A stretch of DNA of 60,653 bases from a virus (taxonomy: Duplodnaviria; Caudoviricetes), in the IMG/VR virus record IMGVR_UViG_3300014658_000001, positions 1 through 60,653 of that record; one strand, written 5' to 3'. Below the pieces are notes generated by a model that ran no database searches, had not been told where the DNA came from, and saw nothing but the letters and a program-made list of their open reading frames with translations. Every line of letters starts with the position of its first letter. Position 1 is the first letter of the stretch. Made by a program: the position numbers and the translations under genes. Positions 50,906 through 58,169 of the stretch are shown here, in pieces.

Positions 50906-51610
50906 TTAAGGATGCGCGACATGGAGCTTCTCCTTTAGCAGATAACCCGCACGAGCCGCAGCCCGTAATTTTTCCTTAGTAGCCTCCGAAGTTATTTTTC
51001 CCCTCAATGCCCGACTGATACGGTCACGGTGTTCCTGAGTAAATTTGCGCCCCACATTTGCTGCAACCATTCGTGCTCTAGCCTCCGGGGAAATAGTACG
51101 ACTTTGCTGCGCCAATCTCATCCGAGCGCGCTGCGCTTCAGTAGCCCGGGTACCTTTTCGCGCTATAGACATGGCCGCTTTACACTCCTCGGATAACCTG
51201 CGGCCTTTCAAAGCTGCGGTTATCTTTGCTTGGTGCTCAGGCGACTTGACCTTACCCCGAGCAGCGCGGGACATTTTTTGGCGACTCTCCGGGAGAAATT
51301 TGAAGCCCAACATACTCCCGGCCACCGGACATAAATTATACCCCCTCCCCCGACAAGACGCGGATAGTTCCTGTATCCAATAATTCTCCCTCGCAACCAA
51401 CTGCGTCGGGTCACTTAAGTATTCCAACACCTCAAACACAAAAGAATCAGCCCCGTATTTATCCCAAGCCCGCTGTAGCAACCGATTCGCATGAGTGTGC
51501 TTAGCTAAACCCCAACGATGGTCTTTCCATCGCTTAGCTATCCGAACTGCGCTGCCCACGTAAACCTTGCCCGTAGCGCAGTGACGGATTGCGTAAATCC
51601 CGCTACTCAA
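50906..51610 (-). CDS. GIY-YIG homing endonuclease with NUMOD3-type repeats
   Basis: SGIYAI..VYVGSA..RW..H..F.FEVLE..RENYWI..GYN; repeated GxKxSxExxxKxS motifs. Confidence 0.92.
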   Translation of the reverse strand: MSSGIYAIRHCATGKVYVGSAVRIAKRWKDHRWGLAKHTHANRLLQRAWDKYGADSFVFEVLEYLSDPTQLVARENYWIQELSASCRGRGYNLCPVAGSMLGFKFLPESRQKMSRAARGKVKSPEHQAKITAALKGRRLSEECKAAMSIARKGTRATEAQRARMRLAQQSRTISPEARARMVAANVGRKFTQEHRDRISRALRGKITSEATKEKLRAAARAGYLLKEKLHVAHP

Positions 51611-51978
51611 ACGCTACTCAGCCGCGATTTCAAAACATAACCCTCTAAGGACCATATTTTCTCTATCGCTTTCTGATACGCGATCTTGCGGCCCAGTACC
51701 TCGTTGAAATTCTCAGGGGATGCGCACGCGCTCTCACCCGTGACCGTGAAGCCGTTCCGAAGAACCAACACGCACACCGTGAGGCACGACAGCGATTCGA
51801 TAATTCGCTTGCGCGGATCGTCTGTGGCGCCGGATGGCTGCGGATACATCCAGATCGGGATGTGATCGCCCGTGGTGTAGCACTCCGCGATAATCGTGTT
51901 CTCGATATCCGCAGGCGTGATGCGGGGTGCGGTGAGCCCCTTCGCCTTGATCCCTTCCTCGATCTCTTGGTCAGTCAT
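51607..51978 (-). CDS. N4 gp49 / Sf6 gp66-family protein (candidate nucleotide sponge)
   Basis: APRITPADIE..LTVCVLVLRNGFTVTGESACASPENF..GRKIA..IWSLEGY. Confidence 0.85.
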   Translation of the reverse strand: MTDQEIEEGIKAKGLTAPRITPADIENTIIAECYTTGDHIPIWMYPQPSGATDDPRKRIIESLSCLTVCVLVLRNGFTVTGESACASPENFNEVLGRKIAYQKAIEKIWSLEGYVLKSRLSSV

Positions 51979-52247
51979 AGAAGATTTCCTCAATTGACCG
52001 CGAATATAGTCGTCGTTCACTTCAACCCCAGATCAGACCAGGGAAACACGCGTAGCTGTAAATCTCGCGCAATCCCGACCGATCCTCCCACAGCTTCACG
52101 CGCTGGCCCCATTCTCGCCCAGCATCCCAACACTGCGTCTCGGCGGGCCACGTCGAAATGCACTGACGTGGACCCCCGATCCATAACACAACTACACATA
52201 GCGACCACATCGTAGCTACCCTGTCGTCCTTCCACTTCGTCACCCGA

Positions 52248-52284
52248 TCTGACCCGCGCGCTGCAGAGAGGCGCGCGGGTCAGA
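52248..52284. terminator. Perfect 14-bp GC-rich hairpin (terminator or processing site)
   Basis: TCTGACCCGCGCGC-9 nt-GCGCGCGGGTCAGA; no clear U-tract. Confidence 0.45.
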
Positions 52285-52328
52285 AACCTAACACCTACAC
52301 CATTTGCACAACCAGCAGTTGTGCCTCC

Positions 52329-52736
52329 TTACTTCTTCGCGGCCGGGGCCTGCGGCGCCGCGGCAGACGAGCCAGCGGAGCCAAGGAGGACAGGGGTGCC
52401 GAGAGTAGGAGGGACGACAGTATCCACAGTCGCAGTGATCGACGGGGAGAAGTCGCCCTCATTGCCCTGACCATCCATCAGCGTAAATACAAAGTCGTAC
52501 GAGCCGTTGCCGAGGCCTCCCGGCAGCTCGGTCGCAATCGGGTCATCCCAGTACACAACGCCGTTCACGGTAACCGTGGTGAGCGCTGAGACCGGGCCCG
52601 CATCGATACGGGCCGCCTGGGTATAGGACGGAACCAGCGGGGTCGGTCCGTAGTACACGATCAGATGATCGGTCGGAGCGGGCGCAGGTGTGGGGACGGG
52701 AATACCGAAGTCCTGTAAAGGTACGGTCTTTGACAT
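52329..52736 (-). CDS. Ig/FN3-like beta-sandwich protein
   Basis: GSYDFVFTLMDGQGNEGDFS..DTVVP; GAGGAG RBS. Confidence 0.6.
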   Translation of the reverse strand: MSKTVPLQDFGIPVPTPAPAPTDHLIVYYGPTPLVPSYTQAARIDAGPVSALTTVTVNGVVYWDDPIATELPGGLGNGSYDFVFTLMDGQGNEGDFSPSITATVDTVVPPTLGTPVLLGSAGSSAAAPQAPAAKK

Positions 52737-52746
52737 ATCAAACTCC

Positions 52747-53004
52747 TCAGTAGTTGCCTAAGTAGGCGTTACAAGCAATATAACCCTTCACGAGCAACTC
52801 CAAGTTGCGTGCAAGGTTTTGGTGGTGTCGGCTCGCGTTCATGCCTGTATCGTCCCCCGGCATTCCAGCAGTCAACTCGTGAATCCTGTTTACAAACTCC
52901 ATCGGTCCAGGGGCATGGCGGCCAAACGGCATGAGTACAATCGCACGCCCCTGGGTATCCCGGGCGCGGGAAATGTCGATCATGGCTTTCTCGAAAGCGT
53001 CCAT
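52747..53004 (-). CDS. Hypothetical protein
   Basis: ORF in operon. Confidence 0.5.
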   Translation of the reverse strand: MDAFEKAMIDISRARDTQGRAIVLMPFGRHAPGPMEFVNRIHELTAGMPGDDTGMNASRHHQNLARNLELLVKGYIACNAYLGNY

Positions 53005-53010
53005 CAGCCG

Positions 53011-53268
53011 TCATTCTCCTGGGTCAACACAAGGGTAAGAATCCGCAGCCGCACTGAACGGTGCGGGCTCTACGGGACAATCCATCAATTGAAAGCACGG
53101 CATGCACAGCGCACGGCCGTCAAACTCTACCCACGGTTGCATGCACTCGTTGTTGAATGCGTGCACCATGGAATTACACCGGCCGCACATGACCGTCTTT
53201 ACCGCCCACGAGTGTTCCCCTGGGAGAACATCCGTATTGAACGAGTGAATCTGCGGCTCGGCATCCAT
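53011..53268 (-). CDS. Cys-rich zinc-binding hypothetical protein
   Basis: CGRC..H..NNECMQPWVE..CMPC. Confidence 0.6.
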   Translation of the reverse strand: MDAEPQIHSFNTDVLPGEHSWAVKTVMCGRCNSMVHAFNNECMQPWVEFDGRALCMPCFQLMDCPVEPAPFSAAADSYPCVDPGE

Positions 53269-53271
53269 AAC

Positions 53272-53658
53272 TTACTTGTGGACCGGTTGGGAAAGGGTGG
53301 GCAGAACGCTCATCCCGATCGTGCTGGTGTAGGCAGGAACCGCCGACAGTACGTTACCGGAGGCAATCGACCAGATCCTGAAGCACACGGGATTCAGGCC
53401 CGTAGGGTACACCGGCGCACTAGTCACTGTCGCACCCACGTTGATACCCGCCTGGTAAACGCCGAACGCACCGGCGGCGGTGCAGGAGCCCCACTCCAGG
53501 CGGTAGCCGGTGAGGTTCGTGAGCTTCGAACCGTCATCATTCAACGTTGGTGCGGTCCAGGTGACGGTAAATTTCGCAGCGTGCGCCCGTCGAGGTGCAG
53601 CAAAGACCGCGCCCATCACGGCGAGGATGATCAACACGAGCAATGCGTTCTGTTTCAT
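53272..53658 (-). CDS. Secreted fibronectin type III-like protein
   Basis: Signal peptide ending AHA; TVTWTAPTLNDDGSKLTNLTGYRLEWG. Confidence 0.75.
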   Translation of the reverse strand: MKQNALLVLIILAVMGAVFAAPRRAHAAKFTVTWTAPTLNDDGSKLTNLTGYRLEWGSCTAAGAFGVYQAGINVGATVTSAPVYPTGLNPVCFRIWSIASGNVLSAVPAYTSTIGMSVLPTLSQPVHK

Positions 53659-53864
53659 TGTTTGTCCTCAGGAGGCGCCCCGAACCCTGTGAGGGTCGGA
53701 CGCTCGGGAAATAGCCTATGCCACCAACGCTTGTACCACGGGGGTCGGGTAAGCCGAGAATCAAATGTCAGCGCCCGGTCTTCGGAGTACTCCGCGCACA
53801 CCTCATCGAAAGCCTTCTGCAGCAACTCGCGCTGCTCTTTCAGCGTAAGAAGCCGAGCGGCCAT
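53655..53864 (-). CDS. Hypothetical protein
   Basis: Coupled ORF. Confidence 0.55.
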   Translation of the reverse strand: MAARLLTLKEQRELLQKAFDEVCAEYSEDRALTFDSRLTRPPWYKRWWHRLFPERPTLTGFGAPPEDKQ

Positions 53865-53892
53865 CAGCGCACGAAGTCAGCGATAGAGGGTT

Positions 53893-54135
53893 TCACGTCG
53901 ATTTCTCTAGACTAAGCTGTTTCAACTGCTGACCCAGCTGCTCGATGTTATCGCCGAACGGCACGCCGAACTTCGCACAGCCGATGTGAAAGTACAGCGA
54001 GCGCAGCATGTACGCACTGATGCGCACCGGACTTTGCGTCTCCAGCATACCGAACTGCCACTGATTGTTGCGCAGGTAATCAAAGCACTCGTCCACGGAA
54101 GCGACTGGGGTATCAGGGGTCATGAGAACGGCCAC
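53893..54135 (-). CDS. Hypothetical protein
   Basis: ORF in operon. Confidence 0.5.
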   Translation of the reverse strand: MAVLMTPDTPVASVDECFDYLRNNQWQFGMLETQSPVRISAYMLRSLYFHIGCAKFGVPFGDNIEQLGQQLKQLSLEKST

Positions 54136-54223
54136 CAGTGCCCGGTGTAGTGGTACACGAACAGGTTAACCAACACATAAGCCAGCCCGATGGTCGCGAA
54201 GATTTCCCGGCATACTGCGGAGA

Positions 54224-54523
54224 TCACTTGCCGTACCCTCCGTTCAACGAGCTAAGAAGGGATTCACACTTGCGGGCCTCCGCAGCCAACTGCTCCATAC
54301 TCGTGATTTTCACCAGCGCAGCATCCGCGGATTGACATCCATTGTCATGCCAGCTACGAGACATGGGGTTGCCGGGTACAGGGATCTGCGCGTGCAGCCT
54401 GGGGCACTGACAGGTCGGGCAGTGTAAGTCAGGTAGCGGAGGACACCGCTGCTCAAGACCGAGGTGCAATTCCGGCCCCAACTTGCAGTGCACACAATAG
54501 TTGGCGGCGCGGTACTCAGTCAT
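54224..54523 (-). CDS. Cys/His-rich hypothetical protein
   Basis: CVHC..H..C..HCPTCQC. Confidence 0.55.
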   Translation of the reverse strand: MTEYRAANYCVHCKLGPELHLGLEQRCPPLPDLHCPTCQCPRLHAQIPVPGNPMSRSWHDNGCQSADAALVKITSMEQLAAEARKCESLLSSLNGGYGK

Positions 54524-54702
54524 CGCTCGTCCACCGGAGGTGTGTAGCCGGGCATCAAGAACTCAAAGAACGCCTGAGCGCGCGCTACGACCGCAGCAGC
54601 ATCCTGGGCTGCAACCCCCTGGAAAGCTTCATGGAGTGCGAGTTCCAACGCTTTGGTGCGCAACTCCGCTTCCGATGTGACCACTAAGGATTTCTTAGCC
54701 AT
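54520..54702 (-). CDS. Small hypothetical protein
   Basis: ELRTKALELAL..VVARAQAFFEFL; start MAKKSLV. Confidence 0.6.
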   Translation of the reverse strand: MAKKSLVVTSEAELRTKALELALHEAFQGVAAQDAAAVVARAQAFFEFLMPGYTPPVDER

Positions 54703-55139
54703 TACGAGTCGTCGTCTTTGTGAAACTTGGGGTGTTTGGTTTTCATGTGCGCAGCCAGCTGTTTGAACGTGCGATGACAGCACGGGCACACCCCGTTCTT
54801 GATCCGGTTACGCAGTCGGGTGTTGATACTCTTGCGCGCGGTGAGCCTGCGCTCAGTCTGCTCGCGCGCAGCCCTCTCGTAAGCTGCGTTGTTGCGGGCA
54901 AATTCAGTCGCACGGATCTGACTTTGCAACTTAACTTCCGCCGCTTCCAGCTGTTTCTTGAGCTTCTGCGCTTCGGTTTCTGTGTAGCGCTGACCGTGAC
55001 CGTTGGGGCACGTGAAGTTGGTGCCATCACGCTTCCACACAGCCCGCACCTGGGCATCCACAGCAAAGACAATGCCGCACATACTGCAGGCAATCGATTC
55101 AAACGTAACACTGAGCGGGTGTATGTAACCGGTGCTCAC
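54702..55139 (-). CDS. Zinc-finger (C2H2-like) coiled-coil phage protein
   Basis: CSMCGIVFA..FTCPNGH..GVCPCCHRTFKQLAAHMKTKH. Confidence 0.75.
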   Translation of the reverse strand: MSTGYIHPLSVTFESIACSMCGIVFAVDAQVRAVWKRDGTNFTCPNGHGQRYTETEAQKLKKQLEAAEVKLQSQIRATEFARNNAAYERAAREQTERRLTARKSINTRLRNRIKNGVCPCCHRTFKQLAAHMKTKHPKFHKDDDS

Positions 55140-55366
55140 AATGCACCTCGCGTAAGCAGACGGTCGGCCATGCGCTCAGACAACTCACCGAACCCGTACA
55201 GCTCGCTGGAGCTGAATTCGACGATCATCACATCCGACAGATCCTCATGCGCCTGCTCGATGAATCCCAACAGCTTGAACAGCTGAGGCGACGGCTCCTG
55301 GAACGGAAGAGGTTCGAAGATTTCAGTCATTTGAGGATGTGAATCAGTCTGGACTTGGCGGATCAT
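55136..55366 (-). CDS. Hypothetical protein
   Basis: Coupled ORF. Confidence 0.5.
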   Translation of the reverse strand: MIRQVQTDSHPQMTEIFEPLPFQEPSPQLFKLLGFIEQAHEDLSDVMIVEFSSSELYGFGELSERMADRLLTRGAL

Positions 55367-55572
55367 CTCACGCCCGCGTTTGGGGGCAGGTTACCCCAGT
55401 CAGCCACGTGCAGCGTCGCCACCTTGCGATCACACGTCGGTACATAACAGCGGATCTCAAGTGTATGGGCCTCCACCGCAAGGATGCGCAACGGCGCACT
55501 CGGATGACACTGAGAACTCAGGCTCATCGGAAAGTCTGCGCACAAGTCGCAACCCTGGGGTGTGTCACTCAT
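55363..55572 (-). CDS. Cys-rich hypothetical protein
   Basis: CHPSAP..CYVPTCDRKVA. Confidence 0.55.
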   Translation of the reverse strand: MSDTPQGCDLCADFPMSLSSQCHPSAPLRILAVEAHTLEIRCYVPTCDRKVATLHVADWGNLPPNAGVR

Positions 55573-56207
55573 CGCTCGCGGGCCTCTTCGGTTCGTCCGG
55601 ACGGTTTTGTAGCACCATCCACCTTCGGCGTCACCAACTTCACGAGTGCGTTGATGAGCGCATTGCGCTCCTCCACCCGCACGTTCACGCCCCCTGAGGC
55701 GTGCAAGTCAACTTCACTTCGCTCGCCGTATGTCGCACGCAGCACTTTCTGCGCCATCCACTTGCGGGATTCCACGCGGAGCCTCGAGCGCTCAAAGTGC
55801 TCGCGATCAAACACCCGGATCACACCCTTGCGCGTGACGCGGTCGACATAGTCGTTACGCGCATCATCCGCAATGATGACGATATCGCCTACCATGTGCT
55901 CCGCACAGCTCTCCCACGCGACCCGGAAGCGCTTGTCAAAGTCATCATGCTGTCGTCGCCAGCGGCACAGGACCCTCCAGGTTGGCAGGGTCGGATCGCG
56001 ACACACCTCGGTCGGGGTCTCACCATCGGCGATCCGATCGAGCATCCGGTCAGCAGTCTCTTTCGAGTACACGCGCGGGCGCTCAAGCTTCTCAGCCGCG
56101 GGAGTCTCCTCAGGCGCGGTATGGGCTGTGGTGCGGGGCTTTAGGCGACGGACGACACGTTTCGGACCTCGTTTAGGCTTTCTGGCGATCTTGCGTGCGG
56201 GAGCCAT
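55569..56207 (-). CDS. terS: Terminase small subunit (Sf6-like)
   Basis: YSKETADRMLDRIADGE..VCRD..P..W..IADD..RSRLRVESRKW..YGER. Confidence 0.88.
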   Translation of the reverse strand: MAPARKIARKPKRGPKRVVRRLKPRTTAHTAPEETPAAEKLERPRVYSKETADRMLDRIADGETPTEVCRDPTLPTWRVLCRWRRQHDDFDKRFRVAWESCAEHMVGDIVIIADDARNDYVDRVTRKGVIRVFDREHFERSRLRVESRKWMAQKVLRATYGERSEVDLHASGGVNVRVEERNALINALVKLVTPKVDGATKPSGRTEEARER

Positions 56208-56234
56208 CGGCGCCCCGTAGGTTAAACATCGCGG

Positions 56235-56263
56235 AAGGTACCACGGTTAACCTTGGCTGTAAA
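56235..56263 (-). promoter_or_regulatory. Promoter upstream of terS (late/packaging operon)
   Basis: TTTACA-N17-TACCTT with extended -10 TG. Confidence 0.65.
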
Positions 56264-56264
56264 G

Positions 56265-56502
56265 TGAGGGGCGCGCGCACTGCCAGTACGGCCTGTAGCA
56301 GAGCCCCGCGAACGTAACCGGATACCGCCTCTTAACGCGGTTGGCTTTGTTACGCGCGTCCCTCAACCACCAACAATCTGACAAGTGAACTGCCCGCAAG
56401 GTCTATGACGCCTGTACGGGCAGGTGACGATGAGCGCGGCGCACCAGTCACGACAGGATCGCCACTGCGTGAAAGTCCAAGTATGCGTCCGCACCCGTCG
56501 TC
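56265..56502 (+). ncRNA. Putative structured intergenic RNA
   Basis: Stems 56265-56277/56353-56365, 56409-56414/56421-56426 and 56426-56432/56496-56502, with G-U pairs favouring the + strand. Confidence 0.45.
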
Positions 56503-56511
56503 GATCCAACA

Positions 56512-56709
56512 TTACCTCAGGTCATCCTCCTCGTCCAGCTGCTTGTCCCCCAGATGGATAACCAACACCAGGAAAAAAGTCGCCATGGACCAGTAGGCAT
56601 GCGACACGGCCACGAGGAGCATCACAGACCCGGTCAGGAGGAACACAAGACGCATCCAGACCAACACCACATCGAACCAGTGAGCCCGCTTTTTTGTAGG
56701 CATTAACAT
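56512..56709 (-). CDS. Small membrane protein
   Basis: Two hydrophobic helices; GAGG RBS. Confidence 0.6.
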   Translation of the reverse strand: MLMPTKKRAHWFDVVLVWMRLVFLLTGSVMLLVAVSHAYWSMATFFLVLVIHLGDKQLDEEDDLR

Positions 56710-56732
56710 AGCGCTATGTACCTCATGAGTTG

Positions 56733-57056
56733 TTATACCGACTTGAGCACGCCATCGAGGGTCGCGAGCTGCGCACGGATACGGTCCATTTCAGCCCAGT
56801 GAGCCGCGGAGCCCACGCGCTTTTCAACCGCCGCACTGTGCTCACGCAAAGCTTCCCGCAAGTTGCCGTGCCGCTTGAAATACGCATCGATCACCAGCAT
56901 CGGAGCGCTGGGGGGCAAAGTTGCCGCAACCGTCTCCCACAGGTAGCACATCGAATCTGCGAACAGCTGGTGATCGTTCTTATCCTGCAATCCAACGAGA
57001 AACACCAGCATGCCGAGAGTGTCGTAATCCGCCTTCAGCTGCTTCAGGTCAGTCAC
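56733..57056 (-). CDS. Hypothetical protein
   Basis: AAGGAG RBS. Confidence 0.6.
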   Translation of the reverse strand: MTDLKQLKADYDTLGMLVFLVGLQDKNDHQLFADSMCYLWETVAATLPPSAPMLVIDAYFKRHGNLREALREHSAAVEKRVGSAAHWAEMDRIRAQLATLDGVLKSV

Positions 57057-57333
57057 CGTAACGCTCCTTGAAATAAGGGGAATTCATATTAGCGTTATTT
57101 AGCGTTAATTGATAGTCCGCATCTGACATCAGCTGACTGCCCGTGACATGCGGCTTCTTTAGGTACTCCCGAACGTACTTGGCATATTCGCGGTGCCGGA
57201 TGAGCGAATCCCACCACTCCTTGGCTTTCTCATCACGGATATCCAAAAATGCCTGCCCTGACAGCCTGCGGTCGATCCAGGCATTCAACAGCTTTAGATT
57301 GGAATACGACAGGCTCTCGTCGATGTACTTCAC
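57049..57333 (-). CDS. Hypothetical protein
   Basis: GGAG RBS. Confidence 0.55.
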   Translation of the reverse strand: MKYIDESLSYSNLKLLNAWIDRRLSGQAFLDIRDEKAKEWWDSLIRHREYAKYVREYLKKPHVTGSQLMSDADYQLTLNNANMNSPYFKERYGD

Positions 57334-57335
57334 GA

Positions 57336-57530
57336 CTAGTGCTCTCCCGGTAATTTCTCGCGGTACTGCTGAGCGACCAGCACGAGCGTTGTGGCCAATG
57401 AAACCAGAACCTGAGTGGTCCAGTCGTGCGCTTCAGCCTCGATGGGTTGCGGCTCGGTCAACAGCTCCACGATCGCATCGACATGCTCGCAGACGCGGCT
57501 GAGCCGCTGATGTTCTTCCTTCGTTGTCAT
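57336..57530 (-). CDS. Hypothetical protein
   Basis: ORF in operon. Confidence 0.55.
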   Translation of the reverse strand: MTTKEEHQRLSRVCEHVDAIVELLTEPQPIEAEAHDWTTQVLVSLATTLVLVAQQYREKLPGEH

Positions 57531-57657
57531 GTTGGCATGCCACCCTCAGTGATTTCGCAATACAGAAACATCTTCATGTTGGTTTCGTCCTCAAGTTTTG
57601 TATGTAGTAAGCGATGCGTACGGGTTATCCGACGGTTCGCTCTTTGGTAGTACAAAA

Positions 57658-57933
57658 TTACTTTCTTGCGCGACTCACCAGATCAAAAACCTGCCATCCG
57701 CTCACATCGCGCCGATACCTGAACTCAGGCTCGGTTCCAGAGAATACATCGATGCCGGCGACTTCCGCATCAATATCCTCAAAAAGCCTGATCACGCCGT
57801 CTCCGTTAGCGCTATAGCCGTCAGGTAAAAACAGCTTTCCGGTGCGTGTTTTTACGTCATATTCCAGCTTTTCCACCTCACACATCAGATCATTGCGGGA
57901 TGTGATCTGAAGACTTCTGCGTAGTTTTCCCAT
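57658..57933 (-). CDS. Hypothetical protein
   Basis: GAGGAG RBS. Confidence 0.6.
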   Translation of the reverse strand: MGKLRRSLQITSRNDLMCEVEKLEYDVKTRTGKLFLPDGYSANGDGVIRLFEDIDAEVAGIDVFSGTEPEFRYRRDVSGWQVFDLVSRARK

Positions 57934-57954
57934 CCGTTTTCTCCTCGCGCGCGA

Positions 57955-58165
57955 TACATGGTGAATATATGAACAACTGAATAGAATATACCTTAAATAA
58001 TAGTGTGTAGCAGTTGTTCACTATATGAGCAAGAGAGATGAGCATGAGCAAGTGCTAGCACTCGTGCACATGAGCAAGAGAGGATGAGCAACTGCTACAC
58101 ACGGTAAAACAAGCATAAAACCCCTCTCTCGTTCACTCGCTCATATATAAGCATAGGAAAAGGTC
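57955..58165. other. Putative replication origin with iterons
   Basis: AT-rich noncoding block; five ATGAGCA plus one ATGAACA; 17/18-bp inverted repeat; directly downstream of the primase-helicase gene. Confidence 0.65.
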
Positions 58166-58169
58166 AATC

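Noticed and set aside
52819-53886. Long + strand ORFs opposite late genes (also 18284..19138, 28800..29690, 43678..44523)
   Set aside because: Antisense shadows of well-supported - strand genes; no RBS or motifs.
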